Source: an uncultured Verrucomicrobiae bacterium
GTDB lineage: Bacteria > Verrucomicrobiota > Verrucomicrobiia > Chthoniobacterales > JAFAMB01
Reading direction: 5' to 3'
DNA length: 64,000 nt
Assembly (NCBI GenBank): GCA_963813025.1
Contig: CAWEXO010000001.1
Span: forward strand, 1 to 64,000
A program made the position numbers and the translations under genes. This document shows positions 9,582-19,127 of this stretch, piece after piece (the stretch's first letter is position 1; every line of letters begins with the position of its first letter). Under the pieces are notes generated by a model. It searched no databases. It saw only the letters and a list, made by a program, of their open reading frames with translations, and was not told the DNA's origin.

Positions 9582-11753
9582 ATGTCGTTTCAACTCGCCT
9601 CAGAATTCAGCCCGCAGGGCGACCAACAGCAGGCCATTGACCAGCTCATTCGCTCGATTAAGGCCGGGAATCGCCACCAGACTCTGCTCGGCGTGACCGG
9701 CTCCGGGAAAACTTTTACGGCGGCCAATGTGATTGCCCAAATCCAGCGACCCACACTTGTCATTTCGCACAACAAAACATTAGCCGCGCAGCTCTACAGC
9801 GAATTCAAACAATTTTTCCCGACGAACGCGGTCGAATACTTCGTCAGCTACTTCGACTATTACCAACCGGAGGCCTACATCCCGAGGACCGACACCTACA
9901 TCGAAAAAGACTCGTCCATCAATGACGAGATCGAGCGACTTCGCCTTTCCGCCGTTTCCTCTTTGCTTTCCCGGGAGGATGTAATCGTCGTGGCCAGTGT
10001 GTCCTGTATCTATGGCTTAGGTTCGCCGGAAGACTACGCGAATATGGTCTGTAATATCTTCCGCGGACAACGGATCTCGCGAGAGTTATTTCTGGCAAAG
10101 CTGGTGGACATGCTTTACGAGCGCAACGATCTCGCGCTCACTCGTGGCAAGTTCCGGGCGCGCGGGGATATCGTTGAGGTGCACCCGGCGACGGCCGATG
10201 AAGAAGCGGTCCGAATAGAATTTTTTGGCGATGACGTAGAGCTGATCACCCGGTTTGATCCGCTCACCGGATCAACGCTCGAACCATTGGAACGCTTTAC
10301 CTTTTTTCCCGCTAAACAGTTTGTGACTCCGTACGAGAAGATGCAGCGCGCGCTCCGGGCCATTCGCGCCGAACTCGACGAACGCATCGTCTGGTTTGAG
10401 AGTCATGCCAAATATCTGGAAGCGCAACGCATCAAGATGCGGACCGAGTTTGATCTCGAGATGATGCAAGAGATGGGTTTCTGCAGCGGGATCGAAAACT
10501 ATTCGCGGCATTTGAGCGGCCGCGAGTCGGGTTCGCGACCGTACACGTTGCTTGATTTTTTTCCCCGGGATCTGCTGCTGGTAATCGATGAGTCGCACGC
10601 GACCATCCCGCAAATCGGAGGAATGTACGAAGGCGACCGCTCTCGGAAGTTAACCCTTGTTGAATACGGGTTTCGCCTACCGAGTGCGATGGATAACCGG
10701 CCGTTGAATTTCCCGGAGTTTATGGACATGACGGGGCAGATCCTTTACATCAGCGCCACTCCGGCCGATTTCGAGATTCAGAACAGCGTGGTTGGCAACG
10801 CTGGTCACTTTCCTCATAGACGAAATCGGATCGGGCAAGAAGAGACCGTGCCGGCCCTTTTGCCGATGCTCACGGGCAAGTCGACCGGCGAGTTGGCTGT
10901 AAATACTCCAGGGGCGCGCTTGGTCGTTCAACAAATCATTCGCCCAACCGGTCTGCTTGATCCGAAGATCACTGTTCGATCGCTGAAACACCAGATCGAC
11001 GAGACGATCGAACTGTGCCGCCGACGAGTCGAGCAAGGTGAGCGGGTCTTGATTACTACCCTGACCAAACGCACGGCCGAGGATCTGACCGATTACTTGC
11101 GTGACGTTGGCCTGAAAGTCAGGTACCTGCATAGTGAAATTGACGCGATCGAGCGCGTGGAGATCCTCCGCTCGCTGCGGGCCGGTGATTTCGACATCCT
11201 GGTCGGGATTAACCTTCTTCGGGAAGGACTGGACCTGCCCGAGGTCAGCTTGGTTTGTATACTCGATGCCGACAAAGAGGGTTTTTTGCGGAGCCAGACT
11301 TCACTGATTCAGACGGCGGGTCGGGCGGCTCGCCATGTGAATGGCGAGGTGGTCCTATTTGCCGACGTGATGACGGAGAGCATTCAGAAACTAATTGCGA
11401 TTACCGATTATCGGAGGAGCAAACAGATCGCCTACAACGAGCAGCACGGAATCACCCCCACTAGCGTTCGACGCGCGGTGCAGGAGAGTTTGCATTCTCT
11501 CCTCCGCGGACGCCAATTGGAGGAATCAATCATTCGTGAGTCGGGTGCGGATCTCAGTCTGACCGACGTTTTGTCGGAACTTGAGCAGGAGATGCAGGTC
11601 GCCGCGGCCAACCTGGAGTATGAGCGAGCCGCGTTGCTGCGGGATCAAATCATGGAACTCAAGAATGGCGCCGGTCTGGACAAGATCGAGCCGAAACGCC
11701 AACCGACGAGTTACCGACCGTCAAAAAAACGGCGACTGAAGAGCGGCCGATGA
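9582..11753 (+). CDS. uvrB: excinuclease ABC subunit B
   Basis: GVTGSGKT, YFDYYQPEAY, DESH, GINLLREGLD, QTAGRAAR and a C-terminal UVR domain. Confidence 0.98.
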   Translation: MSFQLASEFSPQGDQQQAIDQLIRSIKAGNRHQTLLGVTGSGKTFTAANVIAQIQRPTLVISHNKTLAAQLYSEFKQFFPTNAVEYFVSYFDYYQPEAYIPRTDTYIEKDSSINDEIERLRLSAVSSLLSREDVIVVASVSCIYGLGSPEDYANMVCNIFRGQRISRELFLAKLVDMLYERNDLALTRGKFRARGDIVEVHPATADEEAVRIEFFGDDVELITRFDPLTGSTLEPLERFTFFPAKQFVTPYEKMQRALRAIRAELDERIVWFESHAKYLEAQRIKMRTEFDLEMMQEMGFCSGIENYSRHLSGRESGSRPYTLLDFFPRDLLLVIDESHATIPQIGGMYEGDRSRKLTLVEYGFRLPSAMDNRPLNFPEFMDMTGQILYISATPADFEIQNSVVGNAGHFPHRRNRIGQEETVPALLPMLTGKSTGELAVNTPGARLVVQQIIRPTGLLDPKITVRSLKHQIDETIELCRRRVEQGERVLITTLTKRTAEDLTDYLRDVGLKVRYLHSEIDAIERVEILRSLRAGDFDILVGINLLREGLDLPEVSLVCILDADKEGFLRSQTSLIQTAGRAARHVNGEVVLFADVMTESIQKLIAITDYRRSKQIAYNEQHGITPTSVRRAVQESLHSLLRGRQLEESIIRESGADLSLTDVLSELEQEMQVAAANLEYERAALLRDQIMELKNGAGLDKIEPKRQPTSYRPSKKRRLKSGR

Positions 11754-11784
11754 GCGGCTTGAGGGAGCACAGCCGCCGATCGAT

Positions 11785-11986
11785 GTCGTGGAGTGCGTGC
11801 GACTTGTCGCCGCTTTCAGATCCGCGCGGAGCACGGCAATACCGAGGACGGAACCACACAGTGCCGAGCTTCGTGGTACAAAGCGTTCACACCAAGTCGC
11901 AAGAAGCGCTGACACTGCCCGGGGTTGGTAGCCGCGCTCCGCGCGATCCTAACTAAAGCGGCGACAAGTCGCACGCACTCCATGAC
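11785..11986. repeat. REPIN/MITE-like palindromic element, family A copy 2
   Basis: Perfect 28-bp inverted repeat TGGAGTGCGTGCGACTTGTCGCCGCTTT between convergent uvrB and holA. Confidence 0.88.
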
Positions 11987-12003
11987 GCTGCTCGAGCTGC
12001 TTC

Positions 12004-13146
12004 TCAATTGCCCTGGCTACACGCGAGTAATTTTATCAGCAACTCAGTCAGAACGAGCCTCGGATCGAGTTGGGTCGTCACGAGCCGCAGGTTTGCGGAA
12101 AGACAATATCCCAGGCTCCTGATCAGCTCCGCTGAGGTAAATCGATGAGCCTCCATTGCCGCCAGGCCAAGCCCGTACGCATTGAGGCTCCCGTCCTTTC
12201 GCCGAGGTAAATGCGCTGCAGCTTCTTCCGGAAGCTGGCCAAGAACGGCGGAAAACTGGTAAGGCGAGGAAGGCGGCTTCAACCGATGCCGTTCCAGGAG
12301 ATCCTTCGCCGCCAGCAGGTTGCGCATCGTCGGAATGATTGCAGCAAACAAAATGCCGATCGCCGTTTCTCCTTGCACCAGCAGCTGGTCCAGTAATCTC
12401 AGACTGCCCGGCAAGTCCCGTCGGCTGATGCGGTTGCTCAAGTCCCAAATCACACCGCTAACCGAATGGGCGACGAGTTCGCGCACGACACCTTCGGTGA
12501 CGTCCCGTGATTGGCCCAGGTAAAGGTCGATCTTTTCCAATTCACCAGCGATTTGCCGGCTGTCCGCTCCAGCCCGTCGGATAAACAGTTCCAACGCGCC
12601 GGGCGCAAAGCGAAGCCCGGTCTCTGCGGCCAAAGCGCGAACCACCGCCTCGGCATCTACCTCCCAGCCCGCCTTGGTTGTGTCAATGCGATCGAAAATC
12701 TCAACCTCACCGACTTTGGCGAGAGCTTTGAAGAAGGCCCGCCTCTTATCGATCTCCGTCGCGCTCAGGATAAAATTCGTGCCGGCCGGAAGCCCGGCGG
12801 AGAGGAAATCCTTGAATTCGTCCAGCGCAGCCAGGACAGCGCTGGACCGCCCGGTAACCGTGTCTCCCAGGAAATTCACGTTCTTCAGCCAAACCAGTTT
12901 CCGTCTCCCCAAAAAGGGAAGCGTTTGAATCGCTTCTCGCGCCCGGGCCAGGCGGATTACCACTTGCTCCGCGTTATCCGCGACTCCATCGACCAACTCG
13001 AGACCGAACTCGCCGGCCTCCGGCGGGCTGAGTTGATCGGCCAAAGCCTTTGCTCGAAGCTTTACCTGGTTCTCATCAGAACCGACGACCGCATAGATCC
13101 GGACTTCGGCAGAAGGACGGCTTCGCGTTTCAATTTTGCGTTTCAC
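12004..13146 (-). CDS. holA: DNA polymerase III delta subunit
   Basis: TLPFLGRRKLVWLK, IDKRRAFFKAL, GELEKIDLY and C-terminal helical domain; start uncertain because it overlaps the repeat. Confidence 0.85.
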   Translation of the reverse strand: MKRKIETRSRPSAEVRIYAVVGSDENQVKLRAKALADQLSPPEAGEFGLELVDGVADNAEQVVIRLARAREAIQTLPFLGRRKLVWLKNVNFLGDTVTGRSSAVLAALDEFKDFLSAGLPAGTNFILSATEIDKRRAFFKALAKVGEVEIFDRIDTTKAGWEVDAEAVVRALAAETGLRFAPGALELFIRRAGADSRQIAGELEKIDLYLGQSRDVTEGVVRELVAHSVSGVIWDLSNRISRRDLPGSLRLLDQLLVQGETAIGILFAAIIPTMRNLLAAKDLLERHRLKPPSSPYQFSAVLGQLPEEAAAHLPRRKDGSLNAYGLGLAAMEAHRFTSAELIRSLGYCLSANLRLVTTQLDPRLVLTELLIKLLACSQGN

Positions 13147-13237
13147 GTTTCAGGTTTCGCGTTTCACATATAGATTTTCATCTCTCATGTCTGACGTCCA
13201 ACGTACATGAAACGTGAAGCGTAAGACGTAAAACGTG
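13126..13237. repeat. inverted heptamer (CGTTTCA-type) repeat element
   Basis: cgtttca/cgtttcg units followed by inverted tgaaacg/tgaagcg/taagacg units; same unit at 16597-16630. Confidence 0.75.
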
Positions 13238-14731
13238 CCCATGGACCCTATCCTGATAGCGCGCGGAACGAACGACCTGGAGTTATTGCCGGAGATGGTT
13301 AATCGCCACGGCCTGATTGCGGGAGCCACCGGCACAGGTAAAACGGTCACGTTGCAGGTCATGGCGGAGAATTTGAGCGCCATCGGCGTACCGGTTTTTC
13401 TGGCCGACATTAAAGGCGATCTTACCGGGATCAGCCAACCGGGCGGCGGAAATTCAAAAGTAACCGAACGAATCAACCAGCTGAAGCTGCCTCCTTATGA
13501 GTTCACCGGTTGTCCGGTCACGCTGTGGGACGTTTTCGGGGAACAGGGACACCCAGTTCGAGCGACAATCCAGGCGATGGGACCGCTTTTGCTGGCGCGT
13601 CTCCTTCAACTAAACGAAACGCAGAGCGGCGTGCTGACTCTCGTCTTCAAGATCGCCACTGACCAGAATCTGCCGCTCCTGGACCTGAAACATTTGCGCG
13701 AAACGGTCGAGTATGTCGGACAGAATTCCAGCACTTTCACGAAACAATACGGCAACGTTTCGACCGCTAGTATCGGCGCAATTCAGCGAGCGCTGCTTGT
13801 CCTCGAAAGCCAGGGCGGCGCCAAATTCTTTGGCGAGCCCGCGCTCGATCTGGATGACTTCATCCAGACCGACACCCAAGGCCGAGGTATCGTCAACATT
13901 CTGGCCGCCGACAAGCTGATGGCTTCGCCCAAGGTCTACGCGACTCTTTTGCTCTGGCTGCTTTCCGATCTGTTCGATCACTTACCGGAGGTCGGTGATT
14001 TACCAAAACCTAAGTTCGCCTTTTTCTTTGATGAATCCCATCTCCTTTTCACCGACATCCCGTACGCGGTGCTGCAGAAAGTAGAGCAGGTCGTGCGCCT
14101 GGTCCGCTCGAAAGGAGTCGGCGTCTATTTTTGCACACAAAATCCGCGTGACATTCCCGACAATGTTCTGGGTCAGCTGGGAAACCGCGTACAGCACGCG
14201 TTGCGCGCTTTCACACCGAGAGATCAGAAGGCGGTCCAAGCGGCCGCGGAAACCTTTCGAACCAATCCAAAGCTCAAGACAGCAACTGTTTTGACTGAGC
14301 TGGCCGTCGGCGAGGCCCTGGTGTCCCTCTTAGACGAGAAAGGTCAACCCTGCGTCGTCGAAAGAGCTTGGGTCGTTCCGCCGAGAAGTCAGATCGGCCC
14401 GATCAGTCCGGAAATACGAAAACAATTAATCAAGAACTCACTGGTTGCCGGCAAATATGAGCAGATTATGGATCAGGAATCGGCGTACAAACCGTCGGTG
14501 GCGCGGCCTGAACAGAAAACTGCGCCCGGGGTTCAACAGGTAGGACAAGGTTTTGAAGTCTTTGTCGGTGGAATGACCGGTCAGCGAAGAACCAGGAAGT
14601 CGGACACCTTGTCGGACACGGTATTAAGAACTCTGCGCCAAGTCACGGGTGGCGCCGTACGCATCGCGATGCGAGGTTTTTTTCGGAAGCATCTGGGCGA
14701 TCTGATCCGTCTAGTGACCCGCAAACGGTAG
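13235..14731 (+). CDS. DUF853 (YjgR-like) HerA/FtsK-type ATPase
   Basis: NRHGLIAGATGTGKT, ADIKGDL, FFDESHLLF, RSKGVGVYFCTQNP, QLGNRVQHALRAFTP. Confidence 0.93.
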   Translation: MPMDPILIARGTNDLELLPEMVNRHGLIAGATGTGKTVTLQVMAENLSAIGVPVFLADIKGDLTGISQPGGGNSKVTERINQLKLPPYEFTGCPVTLWDVFGEQGHPVRATIQAMGPLLLARLLQLNETQSGVLTLVFKIATDQNLPLLDLKHLRETVEYVGQNSSTFTKQYGNVSTASIGAIQRALLVLESQGGAKFFGEPALDLDDFIQTDTQGRGIVNILAADKLMASPKVYATLLLWLLSDLFDHLPEVGDLPKPKFAFFFDESHLLFTDIPYAVLQKVEQVVRLVRSKGVGVYFCTQNPRDIPDNVLGQLGNRVQHALRAFTPRDQKAVQAAAETFRTNPKLKTATVLTELAVGEALVSLLDEKGQPCVVERAWVVPPRSQIGPISPEIRKQLIKNSLVAGKYEQIMDQESAYKPSVARPEQKTAPGVQQVGQGFEVFVGGMTGQRRTRKSDTLSDTVLRTLRQVTGGAVRIAMRGFFRKHLGDLIRLVTRKR

Positions 14732-14770
14732 GACTCTGGTTTTCGCAGAAGGTCATGAAGTGCGTGCGAC

Positions 14771-14889
14771 AGGGCGAAAATTTATTCGAGCCTTAGCGAG
14801 AACTTGTTTGAGCCGTCTTCAGTGTGACCTGCCGCAGCGCCCGGCTCGAACGAGTCTTCGCCGAAGGCTCAGATGAATTCTCGCCCTAC
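14771..14889. repeat. GTAG-type REP doublet, family B copy 1
   Basis: ~45-bp imperfect inverted arms AGGGCGAAAATTTATTCGAGCC.../...GGCTCAGATGAATTCTCGCCCTAC; related copy at 22701-22784. Confidence 0.7.
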
Positions 14890-15011
14890 CGGCACAGGAC
14901 AGTGCGGCAATCTGAGACGATCTCTAACCGCTCGGGCGACCAATCGCTTGGTGGAGTACTACAGATTTCCAAAGTCCGACAGACCGGAGGCCGTCCGCGT
15001 TATTACTTGCC

Positions 15012-15794
15012 CTATTTCAACCGCAGGAAAAAATAGATCGTCATGACGGCTCCAACCAGGATGACAAAAGTCCTGACGGAAGCAGGCGGGAGTTTCTGAG
15101 CCAGAGCTGCTCCGCCATAGCCTCCAACCGTCGTCGCTATCGCCACGACCAAAGCAGCGCCCCAGATGATCCTGCCGGCGAACACGAAGATAATCACTGC
15201 CAGGGTGTTAAACGCCGTGGTCAGAATCATTTTGAAGGCGTTCGCGAGATGGATGTTTTCCAAGCCCAGCATATCGAGCACAGCCAATTCGAGTATTCCG
15301 GCGCCCGCGCCATAGAACCCACCGTAGATCGCGATCACAAATTGCAAGACAGCTGCTTTCGTGAATGCATTGGCCGACGGGCCCTCACTACCGGAGCGGG
15401 TCAAGGAAAAACCAAGACGGCGCCGGATCTGATTGCCGAAAGCGAAGGTCAGCGTGGCAAACAGCAACAGCCATGGGACCAGCCGATCAAAAGCCGGCGT
15501 TGGCGTATGCAGCAAAATCACTGCGCCCAACCCCCCTCCAATCAAGCTCACAAGGCCCAAGGTCACTATCGTACGCTTCTGTGCCGTAAGCACTTTGCGA
15601 TAACCCCAGAACCCGGCGATCTGCCCGGGCCAGACTGCGATTGTACTTGTCTGGTTCGCCGCGATGGAGGGAATTCCGGTAAAAACCAGCGCCGGAAACG
15701 TCAAAAATGTGCCGCCGCCCGCGACCGCATTAATCGCTCCAGCCAAAATTCCGGCGACCAACAGCAGGCAGATATTGGCCGCGGTAAGGTACAT
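15012..15794 (-). CDS. sulfite exporter TauE/SafE family membrane protein
   Basis: AINAVAGGGTFLTFP and YGGFYGAGAGI motifs, multiple TM segments. Confidence 0.9.
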   Translation of the reverse strand: MYLTAANICLLLVAGILAGAINAVAGGGTFLTFPALVFTGIPSIAANQTSTIAVWPGQIAGFWGYRKVLTAQKRTIVTLGLVSLIGGGLGAVILLHTPTPAFDRLVPWLLLFATLTFAFGNQIRRRLGFSLTRSGSEGPSANAFTKAAVLQFVIAIYGGFYGAGAGILELAVLDMLGLENIHLANAFKMILTTAFNTLAVIIFVFAGRIIWGAALVVAIATTVGGYGGAALAQKLPPASVRTFVILVGAVMTIYFFLRLK

Positions 15795-15900
15795 CTACGC
15801 CGGACGATCTCGGAAGGGTTTTTCCTCCCGACTGCCGGCCGAATTCTCCTGGCGGATACAAGGAGTGCTCGCTTCGTCGGTGATCACCTGCATCAACTCT

Positions 15901-16596
15901 TCAGTACACGATCCGGCCGCACTGTTCGCAGTGCACAATTTCGCGGCCGAGCTTCGCCCGATGAACGATTGTTGGCGTGTTCTTCATATGGCAGCCCACG
16001 CAGACTTCATGCTCGATCGGAACTACCGCATCCCCACCTTTGCTGACAAAGATCCGGGAATACTGGAAAACCAGATCGGGATCAAGCGAATCCACAACCC
16101 GTTGCCGATCAACCTCTAACTCAACAATGCGCGCTTCCAGCAACTCCTTTTTCCTGGCGAGAGCAGCCGTTTGTTGCCGGTTATGATCCTCACCGGTCTT
16201 GAATTCGCTCTCCGCCTGACGCGCCTCGGCTTGCGCCTTCTCAGCGTCTTCCATGAGCTCGATTTCGCGATCCTCGATATCCGCGATCTCGCGCTCCATT
16301 CGCCCAATCTCTTGCCCTAAAGCCTGGAACTCCTCGTTTTTGCGAGTCTGAAATTGCTGCGTGCGAAACTTAGTGATGGAGTCTTGTCGCGATTTGACTT
16401 CGAGCTCCAGCTTCTTCCGTTGCACTTCAAGCTCCCGTGTGTGATGGCGAAGCTTCTCCAGGTGTGCGCTCCGCTGCGCTGCGGTTTGCTCCAGACGCTT
16501 CTGTTCGAGCGGGACGGTTGCGAGTTCTGCTTTCAACTGTCTCAGTTTCTGATCTCGATCCTGGAGGATGAGCAACTGTTCGATCTCAGGAAGCAT
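15901..16596 (-). CDS. coiled-coil plus C4 zinc-ribbon protein (DUF164 type)
   Basis: LLILQDRD start, long coiled coil, C-terminal CVGCHM...CEQCGRIVY. Confidence 0.88.
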   Translation of the reverse strand: MLPEIEQLLILQDRDQKLRQLKAELATVPLEQKRLEQTAAQRSAHLEKLRHHTRELEVQRKKLELEVKSRQDSITKFRTQQFQTRKNEEFQALGQEIGRMEREIADIEDREIELMEDAEKAQAEARQAESEFKTGEDHNRQQTAALARKKELLEARIVELEVDRQRVVDSLDPDLVFQYSRIFVSKGGDAVVPIEHEVCVGCHMKNTPTIVHRAKLGREIVHCEQCGRIVY

Positions 16597-16653
16597 TCAC
16601 GTTTCACGTTTCACGTTTCGCGTTTCGCGTCAACGGTTGAAGTCATTCTTCTT

Positions 16654-16870
16654 AGCGGAGGGAGCGGGCGGAAAACGGAGGAAGCGGCGGGAGCGGGTTC
16701 AGCGGGGGAAGGTAGCGCGAGAGCGGCGGGACCTGCCGAGTGATCCATCCGTCGGCAACGGTAGGCAGCTGCGTCTGCTGAGCGCATCCGCGCTGCTCAA
16801 CGGTCCGGCTAGCTACCTCCGCTAAAGCCGCTCCCGCCGCTTCCTCCGCTTTCCGCCCGCTCCCGCCGCT
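16654..16870. repeat. palindromic (AGCGGAGGG-like) element, family C copy 1
   Basis: ~60-bp inverted arms AGCGGAGGGAGCGGGCGGAAA...GTAGC; related copy at 59384-59506. Confidence 0.8.
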
Positions 16871-17971
16871 TCAGTACAGCTCCACCGGCGAACGTTTGCC
16901 GTCTTCCGGGCTGCGCTCAGCCGCGTGCTCCGGCCCAAGCACGGCGACGCGCAGCTCTCCAACTTCCCGGTCAAGCTCATGGAACCTGCCCTCCGAAAAT
17001 TTCGCCGGCGGGCTGAAAGCTCGTTTGAATCGTTGAATCGACGCAAGTGCCCGGTCGAGCAGCTTTGCCGGCAGCCGGTCCAGAATCTTCTGCGCCTCGG
17101 CAACCAACCCAATGCGATGGCAAATGAGCAAAACGTCGTTGCCGGCGCCGATTGCTCTGGTCAGTGCCTCAGGGAATTTGCAAAAGTTGATGATCGCGCC
17201 CATATCGAGATCATCGGTCATGACCAGACCGTCGAAGGCAAGATCGTTCCGGAGGAGATCAGCGACTATCCGAGCGGACAATGATGCCGGAGTTCTCTCC
17301 GGATCGAGTGCCGGATACCAGGCATGACCCACCATTATGCTGGAGACTTTGTCGGCAAAGTGCCGAAAAATGGCGAGCTCTGTCGCTTCCATCTCGACGC
17401 GCGACCGATCGATGCTTGGAAGCTCGTGATGAGGATCAAAGGGAGCGGCCGCATAACCGGGGAAATGCTTGCCGCACGAGAGCACTCCCGCAGCCAGGAG
17501 GGCCCGATGAAACTCTCCCGCATTCCTGAGCACCTGATCGACAGAGGTGCCATAACATCGGCCCCGCAACGAGTTGTCCGCCTGGTCGTCGAAAGAAATG
17601 TCCAGGACCGGACAAAGATTCAGATTGAACCCGAAGCATCGAAGCAGTTGTCCGGTGAGTGTGCCATGGCGACGGATCAATTCGGCCGAACCGGTTTCCC
17701 GCAATTGCTGAGAGTTAGGAGGCTCGTTGCCGAGCAATCTCAGTCGTGAGACCCGTCCACCTTCCTGGTCAATCGTCAAAATTGGCTCAACGCGGGACAC
17801 GTCGCGCAGATCTTCAAGCAGACGTCGAAGCTGCCGAGGATTTTTGATGTTTCGGCCAAATATGATGTATCCACCGGGTTGAACTTGTCGGAAGAGGCGA
17901 GCGGTGACTGGGTCGAGCTCAGGGCCAGGCACACCAACGAGGAGAAGTTGACCGGCATCAATTGGTTCCAT
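16871..17971 (-). CDS. nagZ: GH3 beta-N-acetylhexosaminidase
   Basis: IDQEGGRVSR, KHFPGY...DPHHELP, MTDDLDM; the canonical KHFPGHG motif is varied, so the symbol is less certain than the family. Confidence 0.8.
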   Translation of the reverse strand: MEPIDAGQLLLVGVPGPELDPVTARLFRQVQPGGYIIFGRNIKNPRQLRRLLEDLRDVSRVEPILTIDQEGGRVSRLRLLGNEPPNSQQLRETGSAELIRRHGTLTGQLLRCFGFNLNLCPVLDISFDDQADNSLRGRCYGTSVDQVLRNAGEFHRALLAAGVLSCGKHFPGYAAAPFDPHHELPSIDRSRVEMEATELAIFRHFADKVSSIMVGHAWYPALDPERTPASLSARIVADLLRNDLAFDGLVMTDDLDMGAIINFCKFPEALTRAIGAGNDVLLICHRIGLVAEAQKILDRLPAKLLDRALASIQRFKRAFSPPAKFSEGRFHELDREVGELRVAVLGPEHAAERSPEDGKRSPVELY

Positions 17972-18054
17972 AGTTTCCGTCGCATGTTACGGATCTGTCG
18001 CGCAGGCTCCACACTTTTATGGGCAAAAGCTGGTCTGGCCCACCCGGCGAACCG

Positions 18055-18636
18055 ATGCGTCTAGGACTCTACGGCGGATCTTTTGACCCGATCCACCATG
18101 GTCATCTCATTTTGGCCCGGCAGGCACTTGAACAGCTGCGCTTGAGCGGGGTAATCTTCATCCCGGCCGCGGAGTCGCCATTTAAGACAAATCACACCGC
18201 CACCTCTGCGGCAGACCGCTTGCGCATGGTTGAACTCGCGATTCAAGACGAGCCGCGCTTTTCCGCGGACACGATCGAGATCGACCGTACTCCGCCTTCT
18301 TTCACGATCGATACTGCCCGGACTTATCGTCTTCGGTACCCAGCCGACGAGTTGTTCTTTCTGGTCGGGGAAGACCATCTGAGTATCCTTCCAACCTGGA
18401 ATGAGTTTTCTGAGCTCGACCACATCCTGAAGTTCGCAGTTTTGAGCCGCTCCGATCGACCGCTGGACTTGAAATATCCGATCGTGCGGTGGCGTTTTGA
18501 TCTCTCGTCTACCGATATCAGAAACAGAGTTGCAGCCGGATTGCCCATCACGTATCTGGTTCCAGAGGTGGTGCTTCGCTACATTCGGCAACATAAGCTT
18601 TACCAAGGAGGAGTCGTATCGAAGCCGAGGAGTTAG
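18055..18636 (+). CDS. nadD: nicotinate-nucleotide adenylyltransferase
   Basis: GLYGGSFDPIHHGH, SFTIDT, LSSTDIR, YIRQHKLY. Confidence 0.95.
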   Translation: MRLGLYGGSFDPIHHGHLILARQALEQLRLSGVIFIPAAESPFKTNHTATSAADRLRMVELAIQDEPRFSADTIEIDRTPPSFTIDTARTYRLRYPADELFFLVGEDHLSILPTWNEFSELDHILKFAVLSRSDRPLDLKYPIVRWRFDLSSTDIRNRVAAGLPITYLVPEVVLRYIRQHKLYQGGVVSKPRS

Positions 18637-18959
18637 CTCGTCTCTGCGCTAGTCTGGCCGAGGACAAAAAGGCGGAAGATATTGTCGTTCTCGATCTGCG
18701 CAACATTTCTTCTTTTACCGATTTCTTTGTTGTCTGCTCGGCGACTTCCGAACCTCACCTCAAGGCGATCGCGTCGGGAATTCGGGAAGGCTTATCAAAA
18801 GGGGTTGGCCGTTCACCGTTGTCGTCGGAAGGTGCTCCGCTGAGCCAGTGGGTCGTCATAGATTATTCGGACGTCTTGGTCCATGTTTTTCAGACGGAGA
18901 AGAGGCGTTTTTATGCGCTGGAAAATCTTTGGAGTGATGCGCCCAGACTCTCGATCTAG
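18618..18959 (+). CDS. rsfS: ribosome silencing factor RsfS (Iojap), probable ATC start; absent from the ORF track
   Basis: Translates as EAEELARLCASLAEDKKAEDIVVLDL...TDFFVVCS...WVVIDYSDVLVHVF...RFYALENLW; canonical nadD-rsfS gene order. Confidence 0.92.
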   Translation: MEAEELARLCASLAEDKKAEDIVVLDLRNISSFTDFFVVCSATSEPHLKAIASGIREGLSKGVGRSPLSSEGAPLSQWVVIDYSDVLVHVFQTEKRRFYALENLWSDAPRLSI

Positions 18960-19006
18960 CCTGCAGCACGCATCCGGCCTCGGCCGGATGCGTGCTGCAG
19001 ACTGTG

Positions 19007-19050
19007 GCAGCCGAACGCCCCGCTACGCCGGGGTGTTCGGCTGCTTTTTT
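19007..19050 (+). terminator. Rho-independent terminator after rsfS
   Basis: GCAGCCGAACGCCCC-loop-GGGGTGTTCGGCTGC followed by T6. Confidence 0.8.
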
Positions 19051-19127
19051 GAAGAAGAGTTTGCAACAGTTTGTTGGAATCCATTTATTCTTAGGCGGAC
19101 GCACAGCGTCTGTTTAAAAGGCCATCA

